The position numbers and the translations under genes are program-made. Below are positions 39,347 through 51,910 of a DNA stretch of 64,000 nucleotides, piece by piece. The notes beneath the pieces were generated by a model. The model was given only the letters and a program-made list of their open reading frames with translations. It made no database searches and had not been told where the DNA came from. This DNA is from a virus, in the IMG/VR virus record IMGVR_UViG_3300007512_001108, positions 1 to 64,000 of that record, one strand, 5' to 3'. The first letter of the stretch is position 1. Each line of letters opens with the position of its first letter.

Positions 39347-39937
39347 TTAAGTGAGTGCGTCTACAATACCAGAGATAGCATTTGTAATCCAATTTCCCCC
39401 ACCTACACCGAATGCAGTGTTTGAAGTCCAGTATGAATATTGCATTGTTACTGTAAACTCTGACAGTGAATCTGTTGTTTCGTGATTTAAATCAATTGCA
39501 GCGATTTCACTTGGCCAGCAACCGATAAAGTTGTAACCTTTGACTTGATTTCCTTTTCTATCCAATCCATATACTTGCCAATCTTGATAGATTTCTGCAC
39601 CTAATGGTGCGCCTTCTACAGAGTTATTTGTTTCGTGTGTGTTGATTAATGAACTCCACGCTTCAAATTTATCTCGTAGTTTATATTCTCCGTCTGCAAG
39701 AATTGTGATTGTCCATTCTGCGAATGTTCTGTCGCCTGGAACTTTAACCTTTCTTCCACGCCAAGGAACTTCAATTACTCCAACTGTTGAAGCAGGAAGT
39801 TGTGCGGCTTTAACCAAAAATGGTATTTTTTCATCTTGACCAGTGCCTGGAAAACTCCCATTCACTTCAAAAAGGTGTGGTCTAACACCACCTTTGAGAA
39901 ACTGTCCAGCGAAATTTGCGATGTTATTAGTTGCCAT
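39347..39937 (-). CDS. 19: Tail tube protein gp19
   Basis: RPHLFEV, GRKVKVPGDRTFAEWTIT and EFTVTMQYSYW. Confidence 0.95.
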   Translation of the reverse strand: MATNNIANFAGQFLKGGVRPHLFEVNGSFPGTGQDEKIPFLVKAAQLPASTVGVIEVPWRGRKVKVPGDRTFAEWTITILADGEYKLRDKFEAWSSLINTHETNNSVEGAPLGAEIYQDWQVYGLDRKGNQVKGYNFIGCWPSEIAAIDLNHETTDSLSEFTVTMQYSYWTSNTAFGVGGGNWITNAISGIVDALT

Positions 39938-39976
39938 TTGTTTTTAACTCCTTTGGTAGATTGATTCTTCTACTTC

Positions 39977-39984
39977 TATTTATA
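39977..39984 (-). promoter_or_regulatory. Late promoter for gp19
   Basis: Intergenic TATAAATA. Confidence 0.8.
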
Positions 39985-39999
39985 CTTAATTTGTTGAAT

Positions 40000-42051
40000 T
40001 TATCCACCAACTTCACTAAAATCTACACCTGTTTTTGTTGCAATGAAATTCAACTGAATATAGTTGATTGACCTTGCTGGCTTAATGTAAATATCTCCAA
40101 CAAATTCGTTTCTATCTATTACTTCACCAGTGTTATTGGTTTCGTCACACACAACCTTGAAGTCGTAAATACCTCTTCGTGACATAATTGTACGAAGGAA
40201 GGGTATTACCATATTTCTAAATTGTGCCCTTGTGAACTCATCATTAAATTCAAAGAGTAGATATTTTGAAGCAGTTGCAATTGCTTTTTCAAGAACAATA
40301 AAGAGTCGTCTTACATTGATTCTATCGAATGCACTTGGTTTTGCTTGCATCGTCTTATCTCCAAACAATACTGTACCTTCGCCGGGGAAGGAAACTACTG
40401 AATTGACTTCTGATTTGTAGAGTTCATCACGGTGTGCTTTTCGTGGTTCGAATGCTAACTTAACAACTCCACGAATTTGACCCCTATTGAATCCTGCGGG
40501 TGAGAACCACGCTTCTTGTTCTGTTTCTGTTCTTGCACAAAGTCCTGCAATATCACCGTTAAGTGGTACATATCGGAGAACATCATTGTAACGGTCAAGC
40601 ATTACCTTGAATCCACTATCGAGTACTGCATATGAACTGCTCTTGTTTAGAGTATTGTTTCTCCAATCTCTAACAGTTGTTGCGGCTACACCTGCTGTTT
40701 GGTTCTGAACTAATCCTGCGGGGTCGCCAGAAGACTTAATGGGTGAAAGGAATGCAATGCAATCCTTACGCTTGTCACACATATCAATGATTATTTTTTG
40801 TACGGTTGCGTCAGATGCTCCACCCAAGATGAGAGAAACATCTACTGATTCAGCATCTTCAAACTCTAAGAATGAAGTTACAAGAGCGGCATTGGCGAGG
40901 TCATTTCCTCCCTGTGTATAGTCGTCTGCACTAACACCACCAGATAATCCCTGTAAACTCACAGCATTTCCTACGGGAGCAGTGAAGTTACCTGGCGCAC
41001 CTCCAGAAAATCCACCCATATTTCGAGTAATTTCGGGGAATGTTGCTGTAATGTCTCCAGTACCAACACCCCCAATTGTGGCTGCGGCCCATATGTAACG
41101 AGACCTATCATTGATTACATCTTTATAGTAGTTTGGACTTCCATCGAAACCTCTTGCATCTGTTGCTTTTGATACACCTTCGAAGACTTCTAGAACTTCT
41201 CCTGCGTTTCCTGTCCATGTACCATCACCGTCAATGACTGCGATGTTCATTTCATCGTTTGTACCACCCGCAGCCGCACATTGGGCACTTGTTGCAGGTG
41301 TTGTGTTAAATACCCTTGCATATCTACTTTCGACTTCGAATGTTGTTCCGATTGCTCTTGCAGAGTAGAGACCTGGTGAGAATTTCAGTTCATTGCCGGG
41401 AGTGGAAGGATTTCCGCCCATTGAAACCCCAGATAGTGATTCTGTGACAGTATGAACATCTCCGTTGGAGAAAATAATTCTGTCTCCCTTAAAGAAGTCA
41501 ATATGTCCATTTCCTGACCCCACTGCGGCAGCACTACTAAACCCACCAGAGACTGAAGTTTCACCAAGAGCGAGGGCCGCTGAAAGACCAAGACATTGAT
41601 TATGTCCTGAACCACCACCTGTTCTACCGTTGTCGTCAAAAACAACTACACGAAGAGAATTGCCGGGTGCGCCTGGATACTTAGCAACAAATTCTGCCGC
41701 TCGGAGAGCATGGGCACCTGTTGCGGCATCAAATTGCTTTCTGTTCTTTATAATACCGTCTGCACCCGATGTGTTTGCATTTTTTGCTTTTGTACCCACT
41801 GAACGAACTACCTGTAGGTTATTTCCGTAACCCAAGAAGTTTGCGGCGGTGAACCACCAGTTATATGTTGCATCGTTTGGGTCACCAAATACTTGACGAA
41901 GATTGTTTTCGCTATCAACTAGAACTCTCTCATCAACTGGTCCCCACTGAAAACCACCTGCCATTCCTGCATTTGTTGTTGCAACTGCGGGAACAATTGT
42001 TGTCAAATCTCTTTCTGTGACATTTACTCCTGGACTAACTTGAAATCCCAT
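40000..42051 (-). CDS. 18: Contractile tail sheath gp18
   Basis: SPGVNVTERD, WFSPAGFNRG, FDRINVRRLF and IKPARSINYI. Confidence 0.98.
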   Translation of the reverse strand: MGFQVSPGVNVTERDLTTIVPAVATTNAGMAGGFQWGPVDERVLVDSENNLRQVFGDPNDATYNWWFTAANFLGYGNNLQVVRSVGTKAKNANTSGADGIIKNRKQFDAATGAHALRAAEFVAKYPGAPGNSLRVVVFDDNGRTGGGSGHNQCLGLSAALALGETSVSGGFSSAAAVGSGNGHIDFFKGDRIIFSNGDVHTVTESLSGVSMGGNPSTPGNELKFSPGLYSARAIGTTFEVESRYARVFNTTPATSAQCAAAGGTNDEMNIAVIDGDGTWTGNAGEVLEVFEGVSKATDARGFDGSPNYYKDVINDRSRYIWAAATIGGVGTGDITATFPEITRNMGGFSGGAPGNFTAPVGNAVSLQGLSGGVSADDYTQGGNDLANAALVTSFLEFEDAESVDVSLILGGASDATVQKIIIDMCDKRKDCIAFLSPIKSSGDPAGLVQNQTAGVAATTVRDWRNNTLNKSSSYAVLDSGFKVMLDRYNDVLRYVPLNGDIAGLCARTETEQEAWFSPAGFNRGQIRGVVKLAFEPRKAHRDELYKSEVNSVVSFPGEGTVLFGDKTMQAKPSAFDRINVRRLFIVLEKAIATASKYLLFEFNDEFTRAQFRNMVIPFLRTIMSRRGIYDFKVVCDETNNTGEVIDRNEFVGDIYIKPARSINYIQLNFIATKTGVDFSEVGG

Positions 42052-42131
42052 TGTATTTCTCCTTTGTAATTTCTTTCATAAATAAGGCATTCTGCCATTA
42101 TATTATTATTTTATACTGTTGTATTCAAGAG

Positions 42132-42139
42132 TATTTATA
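42132..42139 (-). promoter_or_regulatory. Late promoter for gp18
   Basis: Intergenic TATAAATA. Confidence 0.8.
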
Positions 42140-42151
42140 CTTTCTTGTATT

Positions 42152-44252
<2,101 letters not shown>

Positions 44253-44253
44253 A

Positions 44254-45132
44254 CTATATTGTTGCTCCTAGTATATCAATGTATGGTGCGCCGCATATTC
44301 CACCTGCATCACCACTACCAAAGATGTAAACATTTGAATCTGCTGAGTATCCAGTAACTCTATCGGATGATGCACCAGAAGGACCAGTTACAGTTATATC
44401 AACTCTAGATAATGCACCTGTACCACCTTCGAATGTTGAACCAGTAGGACCAAAGATATAATCTACACCACCAGAACCACCGTAATTGAAAAATACTGAT
44501 TTTGTTTTGAGTATGTTTCCAGAAGTTCTTCCTTCTCCGTAGATATTTGTCTTTGCTGTAAAGTTTAAAGTCCATGTTATATTTCTTCTTGAATCAAAAT
44601 CTCCTTCATAATCCTCTTCGGAATTTACTCCACTAAGAACAATAGGAATATCTTGTTTTTGGTTTAATTCATTTATATTAATTGTTATATTAAACTCTGG
44701 AGTAAAGTATGGAAGTACTTGTTCTATAAATTGTAATCCGTCATCTGTGTTTCTTACCAGACAATAAACGGAGAAATCTACATTATATGGAACTTCTGAA
44801 TAATTATATTTTCTCTGCCAGTTATCCCCCGAAACACCCATAACTTTTCTTTGCATCGTGTTTCTTTTTCTACCAGAATCAAAATTAATTCCCGTAATTT
44901 CAAAACCCAATCTTGGTAATGTCATTTCAACTTTTGTTTCATCAGAAAGTGAACTTGGTTGATTAATTCTAGCAAGAAATTTTTCTTTTGGTCCATACGA
45001 CAATGGTAAGCGAATATATTCTTTTATTGTTCCATTACTATTATATCGTGCAATACGAATATCATTAAATAACGAACCAAACGATATTACTAACTTCCGC
45101 AAAGAACTATGATAAAAATGAGAACCAAACAT
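44254..45132 (-). CDS. 15: Tail sheath stabiliser gp15
   Basis: FGSLFNDI, PLSYGPKEKFL and QFIEQVLPYFTP; has a Gly/Thr-rich C-terminal extension. Confidence 0.95.
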   Translation of the reverse strand: MFGSHFYHSSLRKLVISFGSLFNDIRIARYNSNGTIKEYIRLPLSYGPKEKFLARINQPSSLSDETKVEMTLPRLGFEITGINFDSGRKRNTMQRKVMGVSGDNWQRKYNYSEVPYNVDFSVYCLVRNTDDGLQFIEQVLPYFTPEFNITININELNQKQDIPIVLSGVNSEEDYEGDFDSRRNITWTLNFTAKTNIYGEGRTSGNILKTKSVFFNYGGSGGVDYIFGPTGSTFEGGTGALSRVDITVTGPSGASSDRVTGYSADSNVYIFGSGDAGGICGAPYIDILGATI

Positions 45133-46070
45133 TATGAGTAATTACCTTCCGAGAATGGGTCGATGTCTGTAAAGTCAAAAATACCATCACTATCTATCTC
45201 AAATTCAATTAATTCATTATCACCTGCAACATCTGCTGTTCCTTCAGTCGGAACAATGATAGTTGTGGTTGTGCTTGTGGATAGTAAGTATTCTGCGGAA
45301 CTGCCTTGTCCAATAATAGAATCGTTTGCTCCACCAACATTAACAGAACCTGATATTCCAGAGATATAAAGTAGACTGTTTGTTGAGTCCCAATCTACTA
45401 CCTTTGCTGTTACATCTGCACTTGTAGAACCACTTGCAAGAACAGCAGAATCGGCAGTTTGTCCACTTACTTGATATACAGTTTCTCCTTCATAGAAGTT
45501 TGTATATGTTGAAGAACTTATACGAGTTCCCAAAGTAAGTTTAACTGAAAATTCTTTTCTGTTATCTTCGACAGAATCAATATCACTAAATCCAGTATCG
45601 ATTTGTTCCTGACTGTAAGTAAAGAGTTCACATGATAGTTTATATGTGTAAAGTTTTCCTAATTGATAAAATGGATTTTCGTGTTCTACGAATTTTATTT
45701 CAAATAATCCTTTTGAAAGTGGAAAATAAATTAAATCACCTTCTCTTGGTTTTGTTGTAACCGAAGACATTACCTCTTCAAATCTTTTCTTTGAAACTAT
45801 TAATGATACTGTATCTTTTATTTCCAATCCAAATTTAGAATAAAAATCACCTTCTCCACCAAAACCATCTACACTTTCTAAATACATTTCAAGTTGATTA
45901 CCCTCTGTAAACTTGGATAATGTATCTTCTCCAAAAAGAGTATCTTCATTTACAAGTGTTCTAGGAATATAGACCATATCCAAACCATGAATCTTTATAG
46001 ATTCAATTGTTAAATCTTCTACGACATTTCTCTCTGAGGTTTGTCTGGTAAAATAAGAATTAGTTGCCAT
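45132..46070 (-). CDS. 14: Neck protein gp14
   Basis: YIPRTLV, SKFGLEI, PREGDLIYFP and FVEHENPFYQLGK. Confidence 0.95.
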   Translation of the reverse strand: MATNSYFTRQTSERNVVEDLTIESIKIHGLDMVYIPRTLVNEDTLFGEDTLSKFTEGNQLEMYLESVDGFGGEGDFYSKFGLEIKDTVSLIVSKKRFEEVMSSVTTKPREGDLIYFPLSKGLFEIKFVEHENPFYQLGKLYTYKLSCELFTYSQEQIDTGFSDIDSVEDNRKEFSVKLTLGTRISSSTYTNFYEGETVYQVSGQTADSAVLASGSTSADVTAKVVDWDSTNSLLYISGISGSVNVGGANDSIIGQGSSAEYLLSTSTTTTIIVPTEGTADVAGDNELIEFEIDSDGIFDFTDIDPFSEGNYS

Positions 46071-46083
46071 TTATTAGTCCTAA

Positions 46084-46839
46084 TTATCCTGTCATAAAGT
46101 GTGGTGGAAGTTCATATCTTAATTGAACTTCTTCTTCTATCTTTTCAATTTCTGCTTGCGCTTGCTCAAATATTTGTGTACCATTAAATGAAACACCGCC
46201 AGGAAGTTGAATGTTTTCAAATTTAGATAGATTTGCACCCCATTGTCTTTTTATTTGTGCTGTAATATATTGCTTTAGTAGACGGTCTTTATAAATTTCC
46301 GTATATGTTTCTGGGTCTAATACAGTATATGCTTCTATCATTATATAATCATTAGTATCAATGTCTTCATTCCAATCCATATCGACATATAGTCTATTTG
46401 TTACTCTACTAAATCTTATTTGTTTTTCTGGGTCTAACTGTTGTTCAATCAAAGAAAGATGTCTTTTAATTGAATCGTAGTAAGCAAGATTGCTTAGTCC
46501 ACTTCTTAATCCATAAAAATCATTTAATGCCATTTGATATCTAACATCAAACATATTTACAGAACCCCCAGAAGAAAATTGGAATATTCTTGATACGCTT
46601 ATTATAGAAGAGTCTACACTATCCATATTAATATACTCATTGGTTTTATCTGATGCTGTTACTTGATGCTTATAAAACATCTTTTCTACACCATCAAAAT
46701 GATATTCCGCAAAGAATTGCAATGAATCATCTAATCTGTCTTCTATTTGAGAGTCATCCACATTAATTTCTATAACTGGATACCCCAATCTTCGGAGAGC
46801 ATAGTCTTTTAATTGTTGTCTTGAAGCAGGTTGTGCCAT
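46084..46839 (-). CDS. 13: Neck protein gp13
   Basis: LRRLGYPVIEINV, EYHFDG and QWGANLSKF..QLPGG. Confidence 0.95.
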   Translation of the reverse strand: MAQPASRQQLKDYALRRLGYPVIEINVDDSQIEDRLDDSLQFFAEYHFDGVEKMFYKHQVTASDKTNEYINMDSVDSSIISVSRIFQFSSGGSVNMFDVRYQMALNDFYGLRSGLSNLAYYDSIKRHLSLIEQQLDPEKQIRFSRVTNRLYVDMDWNEDIDTNDYIMIEAYTVLDPETYTEIYKDRLLKQYITAQIKRQWGANLSKFENIQLPGGVSFNGTQIFEQAQAEIEKIEEEVQLRYELPPHFMTG

Positions 46840-46900
46840 ATATTTCTCCTAATTATTATTTCCTCTTATATATTTAGGAGATATTTGTTTCCTAGAGTAA

Positions 46901-47212
46901 CTATTTATCCTCATTTTTTACTCTGTTGATATACTCTTTTCTTTCTTCTTCCTTGATTCTCTCATGTTGCTCTAAATATAATAATTCAGATAATCTATTA
47001 ATATATCTATCTCCTTCTTTCCAAGGAATAGGTTTGTTCATTTGTAGGTGTTTTGTGGTTAATTTATTTGTTTTTTCTTGAACATATCTCCTAGAAATCA
47101 CATTTTCTGGAAGATTATAGTCTGGTTCTAACTTTTTAAATAAATCAATAGAAAATCTGTACTCATTATTAATCACAATTACACCGTCTGGTGTGTGCAT
47201 AAAAGAACCCAT
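46901..47212 (-). CDS. Hypothetical protein
   Basis: 103 aa ORF with a GGAG SD, on the coding strand. Confidence 0.55.
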   Translation of the reverse strand: MGSFMHTPDGVIVINNEYRFSIDLFKKLEPDYNLPENVISRRYVQEKTNKLTTKHLQMNKPIPWKEGDRYINRLSELLYLEQHERIKEEERKEYINRVKNEDK

Positions 47213-47236
47213 AAAATAAACTCCATATTAACTTTA

Positions 47237-49096
47237 TTATTTACCACCGCCAGATTCTTGGGCTATTCCAGAACCTGGGTCAAATTTAGAACCACTCGGT
47301 ACACCAGTTCCACTTTCAAATCCTGAAACTTTACCTTCATCAATTCCACTTGCAGTTAGGTGTATTTCGGAAATCTGTGTATATGATTGACCATCAGCAG
47401 TACCTGCTGAATCTACTTCACATTCTGCGAGAAGAACATTTTCTGTTAGATTATTTCTGAATGTCCAAACATCTTGATATAGTGCATAAATATGACCACC
47501 AGAAAATCCTACACAATTTCCCAAACAATCTTGAAGGATAAAGTTTCCTCCAGTACCAGCAGTTCCTCCTAATGTTTCTAGATAAGAAACATGTTCGGAA
47601 AGTCTTTGAACCGTAATGTCATTTGGAGATAAACAAAATCCAGTTGTATGTGTTCCGTGGAAACTAGGTGCGCCGTGACCAAGACTACCGTGAGGTCCGA
47701 AAAGATTTGGGAAATCTCCACTGTTTGCACTACTTCCACTTAGACCAACCAATCCCATATATTCTTTGCGGGATTGTCTAAACTGTGCCTGCTTTGTTGA
47801 TAACTTTTGTGTATCAGACATAAGAGTACCACCTGTACAGGATACTTGATAAACTCCAGCACCATCAAATCCTTCAACATATCCATTCTCATAATCAAAT
47901 CCACCAGTAGCATTTCCAGTCAAAATAATATCTCTGACACCTAATACTTTATTCGTTCCGTCCCAATATGTTACATTTGCTTTTAATCTTTCATAATTAT
48001 CAACAGAGAATAATGCACAACCACTTGGTCCATTAAATCTCATCAGTGCAAGTGTGGATTGGTTATCCATAGTTGCTTGAATTCCAGCAGTAACATAGGT
48101 TGCTCCAGAGAATCCTCTACAAACCGTACCACCCGATGGTCCCATTTGTAGATGGAAGTCATCAATAAATCCACTAAATGCCAATGCACCACTTTGACCT
48201 GCACCAATAGAAAGTGGTTGGTCGGTACGAAGCAATTCATTTATCACTCCTGAACTAATTCCAGTTTCATTTCTGGTATTATCATAATAAGGAATGACTT
48301 CAGAAACATTACTACCATACCATCTACTCTTATAAATGATTGCAACATGATGCCATTTGTTTATCACTGGAACTCCAGCAGTAACAGTTATAGAATGTGC
48401 CCAAGCAGTCGGAGTATCTCCCATATTATTAAAATCAAATTTTAATGAAGTGCTACCATTGTCATAATATAGTTTCCAAGAATTTCCTGTTCCACCTGCG
48501 GCACTACTTCCGTGCATTGCTAAAATTTTATCAGCAGATGGTGTAGCAGTAAGGTAAAAATACATTTGTAATAAAACATCACCACTATATCCACCACTAA
48601 CTCCTGCACCCGATGCACCAGAACCACCACCAATATGTCCACCTGGTCCTGCAAGTGTTAAGCCAGGAATATCATGTAGGAGAAGAACACCACCAGTTGT
48701 TCCAGAGTCAAGACCCTTGAATTTGACAGATGATGTTCCAAATTTCTTTATTGCACGGTCATAGACAGGTTTTGTTGAATTACCTCTATTTCTTGTTTCT
48801 ACTGTTGTTACATTTTGATATACTATTTCGTTCCAACCATATTTTCCACAACCAGTAATACCGGCAGTTAGTCCTCCAGTACAACCTGTTCCCATACTAC
48901 CTGTTTGCATGTGTATTTTTTGTTCGATTCTTGGGTCTGTTCTTTTCTCATTGAATGTTGGAGGATTACCCAAAGTGGATTCTGGAACTACGACAACAGA
49001 TTGACCAGCAACCAATATATCTTCTGTAGATATTCTTTCGTCTAATATATTGACTACTTTTCCGTTTGAATCTAAAATTACATTTTTATTTGCCAT
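47237..49096 (-). CDS. LamG/concanavalin-like domain tail fibre or virion protein
   Basis: KKFGTSSV.F...NKWHHVAI...LSIG...FSGFIDDF...TLALMRFNG. Confidence 0.7.
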   Translation of the reverse strand: MANKNVILDSNGKVVNILDERISTEDILVAGQSVVVVPESTLGNPPTFNEKRTDPRIEQKIHMQTGSMGTGCTGGLTAGITGCGKYGWNEIVYQNVTTVETRNRGNSTKPVYDRAIKKFGTSSVKFKGLDSGTTGGVLLLHDIPGLTLAGPGGHIGGGSGASGAGVSGGYSGDVLLQMYFYLTATPSADKILAMHGSSAAGGTGNSWKLYYDNGSTSLKFDFNNMGDTPTAWAHSITVTAGVPVINKWHHVAIIYKSRWYGSNVSEVIPYYDNTRNETGISSGVINELLRTDQPLSIGAGQSGALAFSGFIDDFHLQMGPSGGTVCRGFSGATYVTAGIQATMDNQSTLALMRFNGPSGCALFSVDNYERLKANVTYWDGTNKVLGVRDIILTGNATGGFDYENGYVEGFDGAGVYQVSCTGGTLMSDTQKLSTKQAQFRQSRKEYMGLVGLSGSSANSGDFPNLFGPHGSLGHGAPSFHGTHTTGFCLSPNDITVQRLSEHVSYLETLGGTAGTGGNFILQDCLGNCVGFSGGHIYALYQDVWTFRNNLTENVLLAECEVDSAGTADGQSYTQISEIHLTASGIDEGKVSGFESGTGVPSGSKFDPGSGIAQESGGGK

Positions 49097-49121
49097 TTGT
49101 ATTCCTTAATACTTGTCTTTA

Positions 49122-51878
49122 TTAAAACCCACTTACATGGGAGTTGCTGTGGTTTTCGAGAAGTATATTCATAAATCTGGTGCTTTCTGTTAAATTAGTG
49201 CCATCATGAAGGTCTTCATTGTGGATGGTCCAACCATCCGTCCCTCCCTCGTTAGCGTTGACTGTAATCCAAGGTGATGAGAAAGAGTGAGATGAATTGT
49301 TTGTAACAGAAAATACATTTTGGATGTGTCGAGTACGACCTTCAATCCAATGAACAAATGGAGTATATCCCAAACTATCCCAATTCACATTCCAACCATA
49401 TGTGACATTTTCTGCAATGGAATTTCTTGCTTGTAGTATTCCACCATATGAAGCGTCGAACCCACTAGATGACATATTCATTGCTTTACTATCTACTGCT
49501 TCGATTTCTCCCCACTGAGTCCGATATCCCATCAATGCATTATGAGCAAGACATCTGCTAACATGCACATGAGAGTTTCGATAAGAAGAAAAACATGCAT
49601 GACCAAAATTTCCCGAAAGAGATTGGGCCGCCTGAATAGAACTAGAAGAAGATGCATTGAAACCATTTCCAAATGCACTGTTACTTGATGTGTTGAAATC
49701 CAAACTTCCTTCAGAGGGGTGAGTATCCGCTGCTATTGTAGAGGTACTATCCTTGGATTCTATTCCTAATGTTAATCCTTGTGCGTTGCAGTCATATACT
49801 AAATCACCCATATCGGTATCATATTGAATTCTCCATTTGCATAAATGGTCATAAAGAACCAAATTTGCATAGCCTGGTTGACCCGAATTTGGCGTCCAGT
49901 TCCTTACAATTCCTACTGTTTCTCCGACATGTCCGTCTTGGTTGGTATCAACCAATGCAACAACATCACCCGATTTAAAACTTGAATCTCTATATCCTGC
50001 TATCCAATTATCATTTCCTTCTGTCCAATTGTTGTTTAACATTAAATTAACTACTGGACAACCACCGAATCCTGCAATCGACCTTCTGGATTCTAATGAT
50101 GAATTATAATTGGCATTATTGCATACTCTTTCAACACCAGTAACAACACTCCTGTCTGCTAGACCTCTGCTTCCTGCATTAATATTAATACCATATTCAC
50201 AATTACTTATAACAATATCATTGAGATTCGCTTCAGATTTTTCTGTAACTTCTACACCCATGTTGAATCCATTAATACCGACATTACTTATTGTGATATC
50301 CGTACCGTATGGTTTTCTTGTTCTATATCTTGAATATCTTGTTTCGGATGCACTTCCACCTGTTTTTCCTAAATTGTAAGATAGAGAACCATTGTTACTT
50401 ATACGGATTCCAGAATGTAACGACCTATTCTTTCCATCTTCATTTATAAAATCACCAGATGTATTTGCAATACCTCCTGATAATCCATTATGGTGTTTAT
50501 TAAATTGTTGCCATTTTCCTTCTAGAACGAGGTCTTGAATAAATCCAAAATCTCCACCATCTATTTCAATTCCACCTTTCTCTGCATCTGTAAATTCAAA
50601 TATAGTTCTAACATGCGTTAGTTCTAATCTGTTTAGACTCATGTGGTAATTTTCACTTGGTCGCATATCAAGCATTTTTAATTGCTTATCCGCATGAGTA
50701 GTTTCACCAAATGAATAAAAGTCTTCTGTCGGTACTACAATTGTACCATCCGTAGGGTCGGTAGTCCAACCTTCTGCGGTATTTCCGAATCTTGTTGGAT
50801 AAGTTCCTGTTGGTAAGAAGTCATTTAATTGGATGCAGTTTATTGGAGGGAATGGACCACTATAGTAATCACCTTGACCGTGATGTGGTGGGTGTATACT
50901 ACCTCCATCGACATCTCCGTGTGCTGAAGGAATATCCCATTCGAGCCACTCAGCACTTTCAGCATAATCACCAGCAGCGTAACCACCAAACCAAAGTGGT
51001 CGGGTGCCATCAATATCTTCGGAAACCTTCGAAGTATATGAGGATGAGGCAAAGTCAAACATAGTAGGATAATTATAATATTTACAAATATAATTTACTC
51101 CACCAAGTCCGTTGACGGTATCTTCCTCAATGTTTGAACTAATTATATGCGCTCCGAGAAGTGCTACTCTTCGTGTCGATTGTTTATTTTTGAAACTGGA
51201 CGATTCGGTATTTGCAACTCCAGTGGCTGCAACCTGTCCATCTGCTCCCCAATCTTCGTGAACAGTATCATAATTATCTTTATGTGCAAAGGTTACATCT
51301 CGTACAAGAACATAATCACCCGATACTCCATTTTCTACACCTATTCCTTTTTTTCCTGATGCGTCACTGGGGTCTATTTTATTTCCGACTGCGGCTGATT
51401 CCCAATCTATTGGATTCAAATGAACTCCTGCTTCATAGAATCTACAAGCAGATGTTCCGTGAAGAGTATTCAGGGTGGATGTTGCCGCACCATCTGCGGG
51501 TGTTGCTGTACCGTCCGCACCAAGATTTGAATGTGAACTTCTCCACCTCGAACACTTTGCAAGGATATAATCTTTTGTTTCTTCTCCACGAATTCCAATT
51601 CTTGCACCTTGCGGGTGTCGTACTTCTATTGGTTTATTAAAAGTATATCTTCCTGCCGCACATTTAATAGTTGCAAAACCATTTTCTGTAATGAAATGAT
51701 TTTGAAGATAGAACATTGCACGATGCGGAGATTTAAAAGGTTTTGCGAGCGTTCCTTTTCCTGTAGTATCATTACCTGCTGTAAGACTAACATATACAGT
51801 AAAGTTGGGGTCGTCTATGATACCAACTGTACTATCGGAAATTGATGTTCCTGATGGACTAAAATATTCTGTTGCCAT
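49122..51878 (-). CDS. Tailspike-like protein with right-handed beta-helix repeats
   Basis: N-terminal YVS...GND..G.GT..KPFK; repeated ISNCEYGI / GFNASSSSSIQA / GFDASYGGILQA coils. Confidence 0.6.
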   Translation of the reverse strand: MATEYFSPSGTSISDSTVGIIDDPNFTVYVSLTAGNDTTGKGTLAKPFKSPHRAMFYLQNHFITENGFATIKCAAGRYTFNKPIEVRHPQGARIGIRGEETKDYILAKCSRWRSSHSNLGADGTATPADGAATSTLNTLHGTSACRFYEAGVHLNPIDWESAAVGNKIDPSDASGKKGIGVENGVSGDYVLVRDVTFAHKDNYDTVHEDWGADGQVAATGVANTESSSFKNKQSTRRVALLGAHIISSNIEEDTVNGLGGVNYICKYYNYPTMFDFASSSYTSKVSEDIDGTRPLWFGGYAAGDYAESAEWLEWDIPSAHGDVDGGSIHPPHHGQGDYYSGPFPPINCIQLNDFLPTGTYPTRFGNTAEGWTTDPTDGTIVVPTEDFYSFGETTHADKQLKMLDMRPSENYHMSLNRLELTHVRTIFEFTDAEKGGIEIDGGDFGFIQDLVLEGKWQQFNKHHNGLSGGIANTSGDFINEDGKNRSLHSGIRISNNGSLSYNLGKTGGSASETRYSRYRTRKPYGTDITISNVGINGFNMGVEVTEKSEANLNDIVISNCEYGININAGSRGLADRSVVTGVERVCNNANYNSSLESRRSIAGFGGCPVVNLMLNNNWTEGNDNWIAGYRDSSFKSGDVVALVDTNQDGHVGETVGIVRNWTPNSGQPGYANLVLYDHLCKWRIQYDTDMGDLVYDCNAQGLTLGIESKDSTSTIAADTHPSEGSLDFNTSSNSAFGNGFNASSSSSIQAAQSLSGNFGHACFSSYRNSHVHVSRCLAHNALMGYRTQWGEIEAVDSKAMNMSSSGFDASYGGILQARNSIAENVTYGWNVNWDSLGYTPFVHWIEGRTRHIQNVFSVTNNSSHSFSSPWITVNANEGGTDGWTIHNEDLHDGTNLTESTRFMNILLENHSNSHVSGF

Positions 51879-51910
51879 TTATAAGTTTCCTCTTATAGTA
51901 TATAGTCGTA

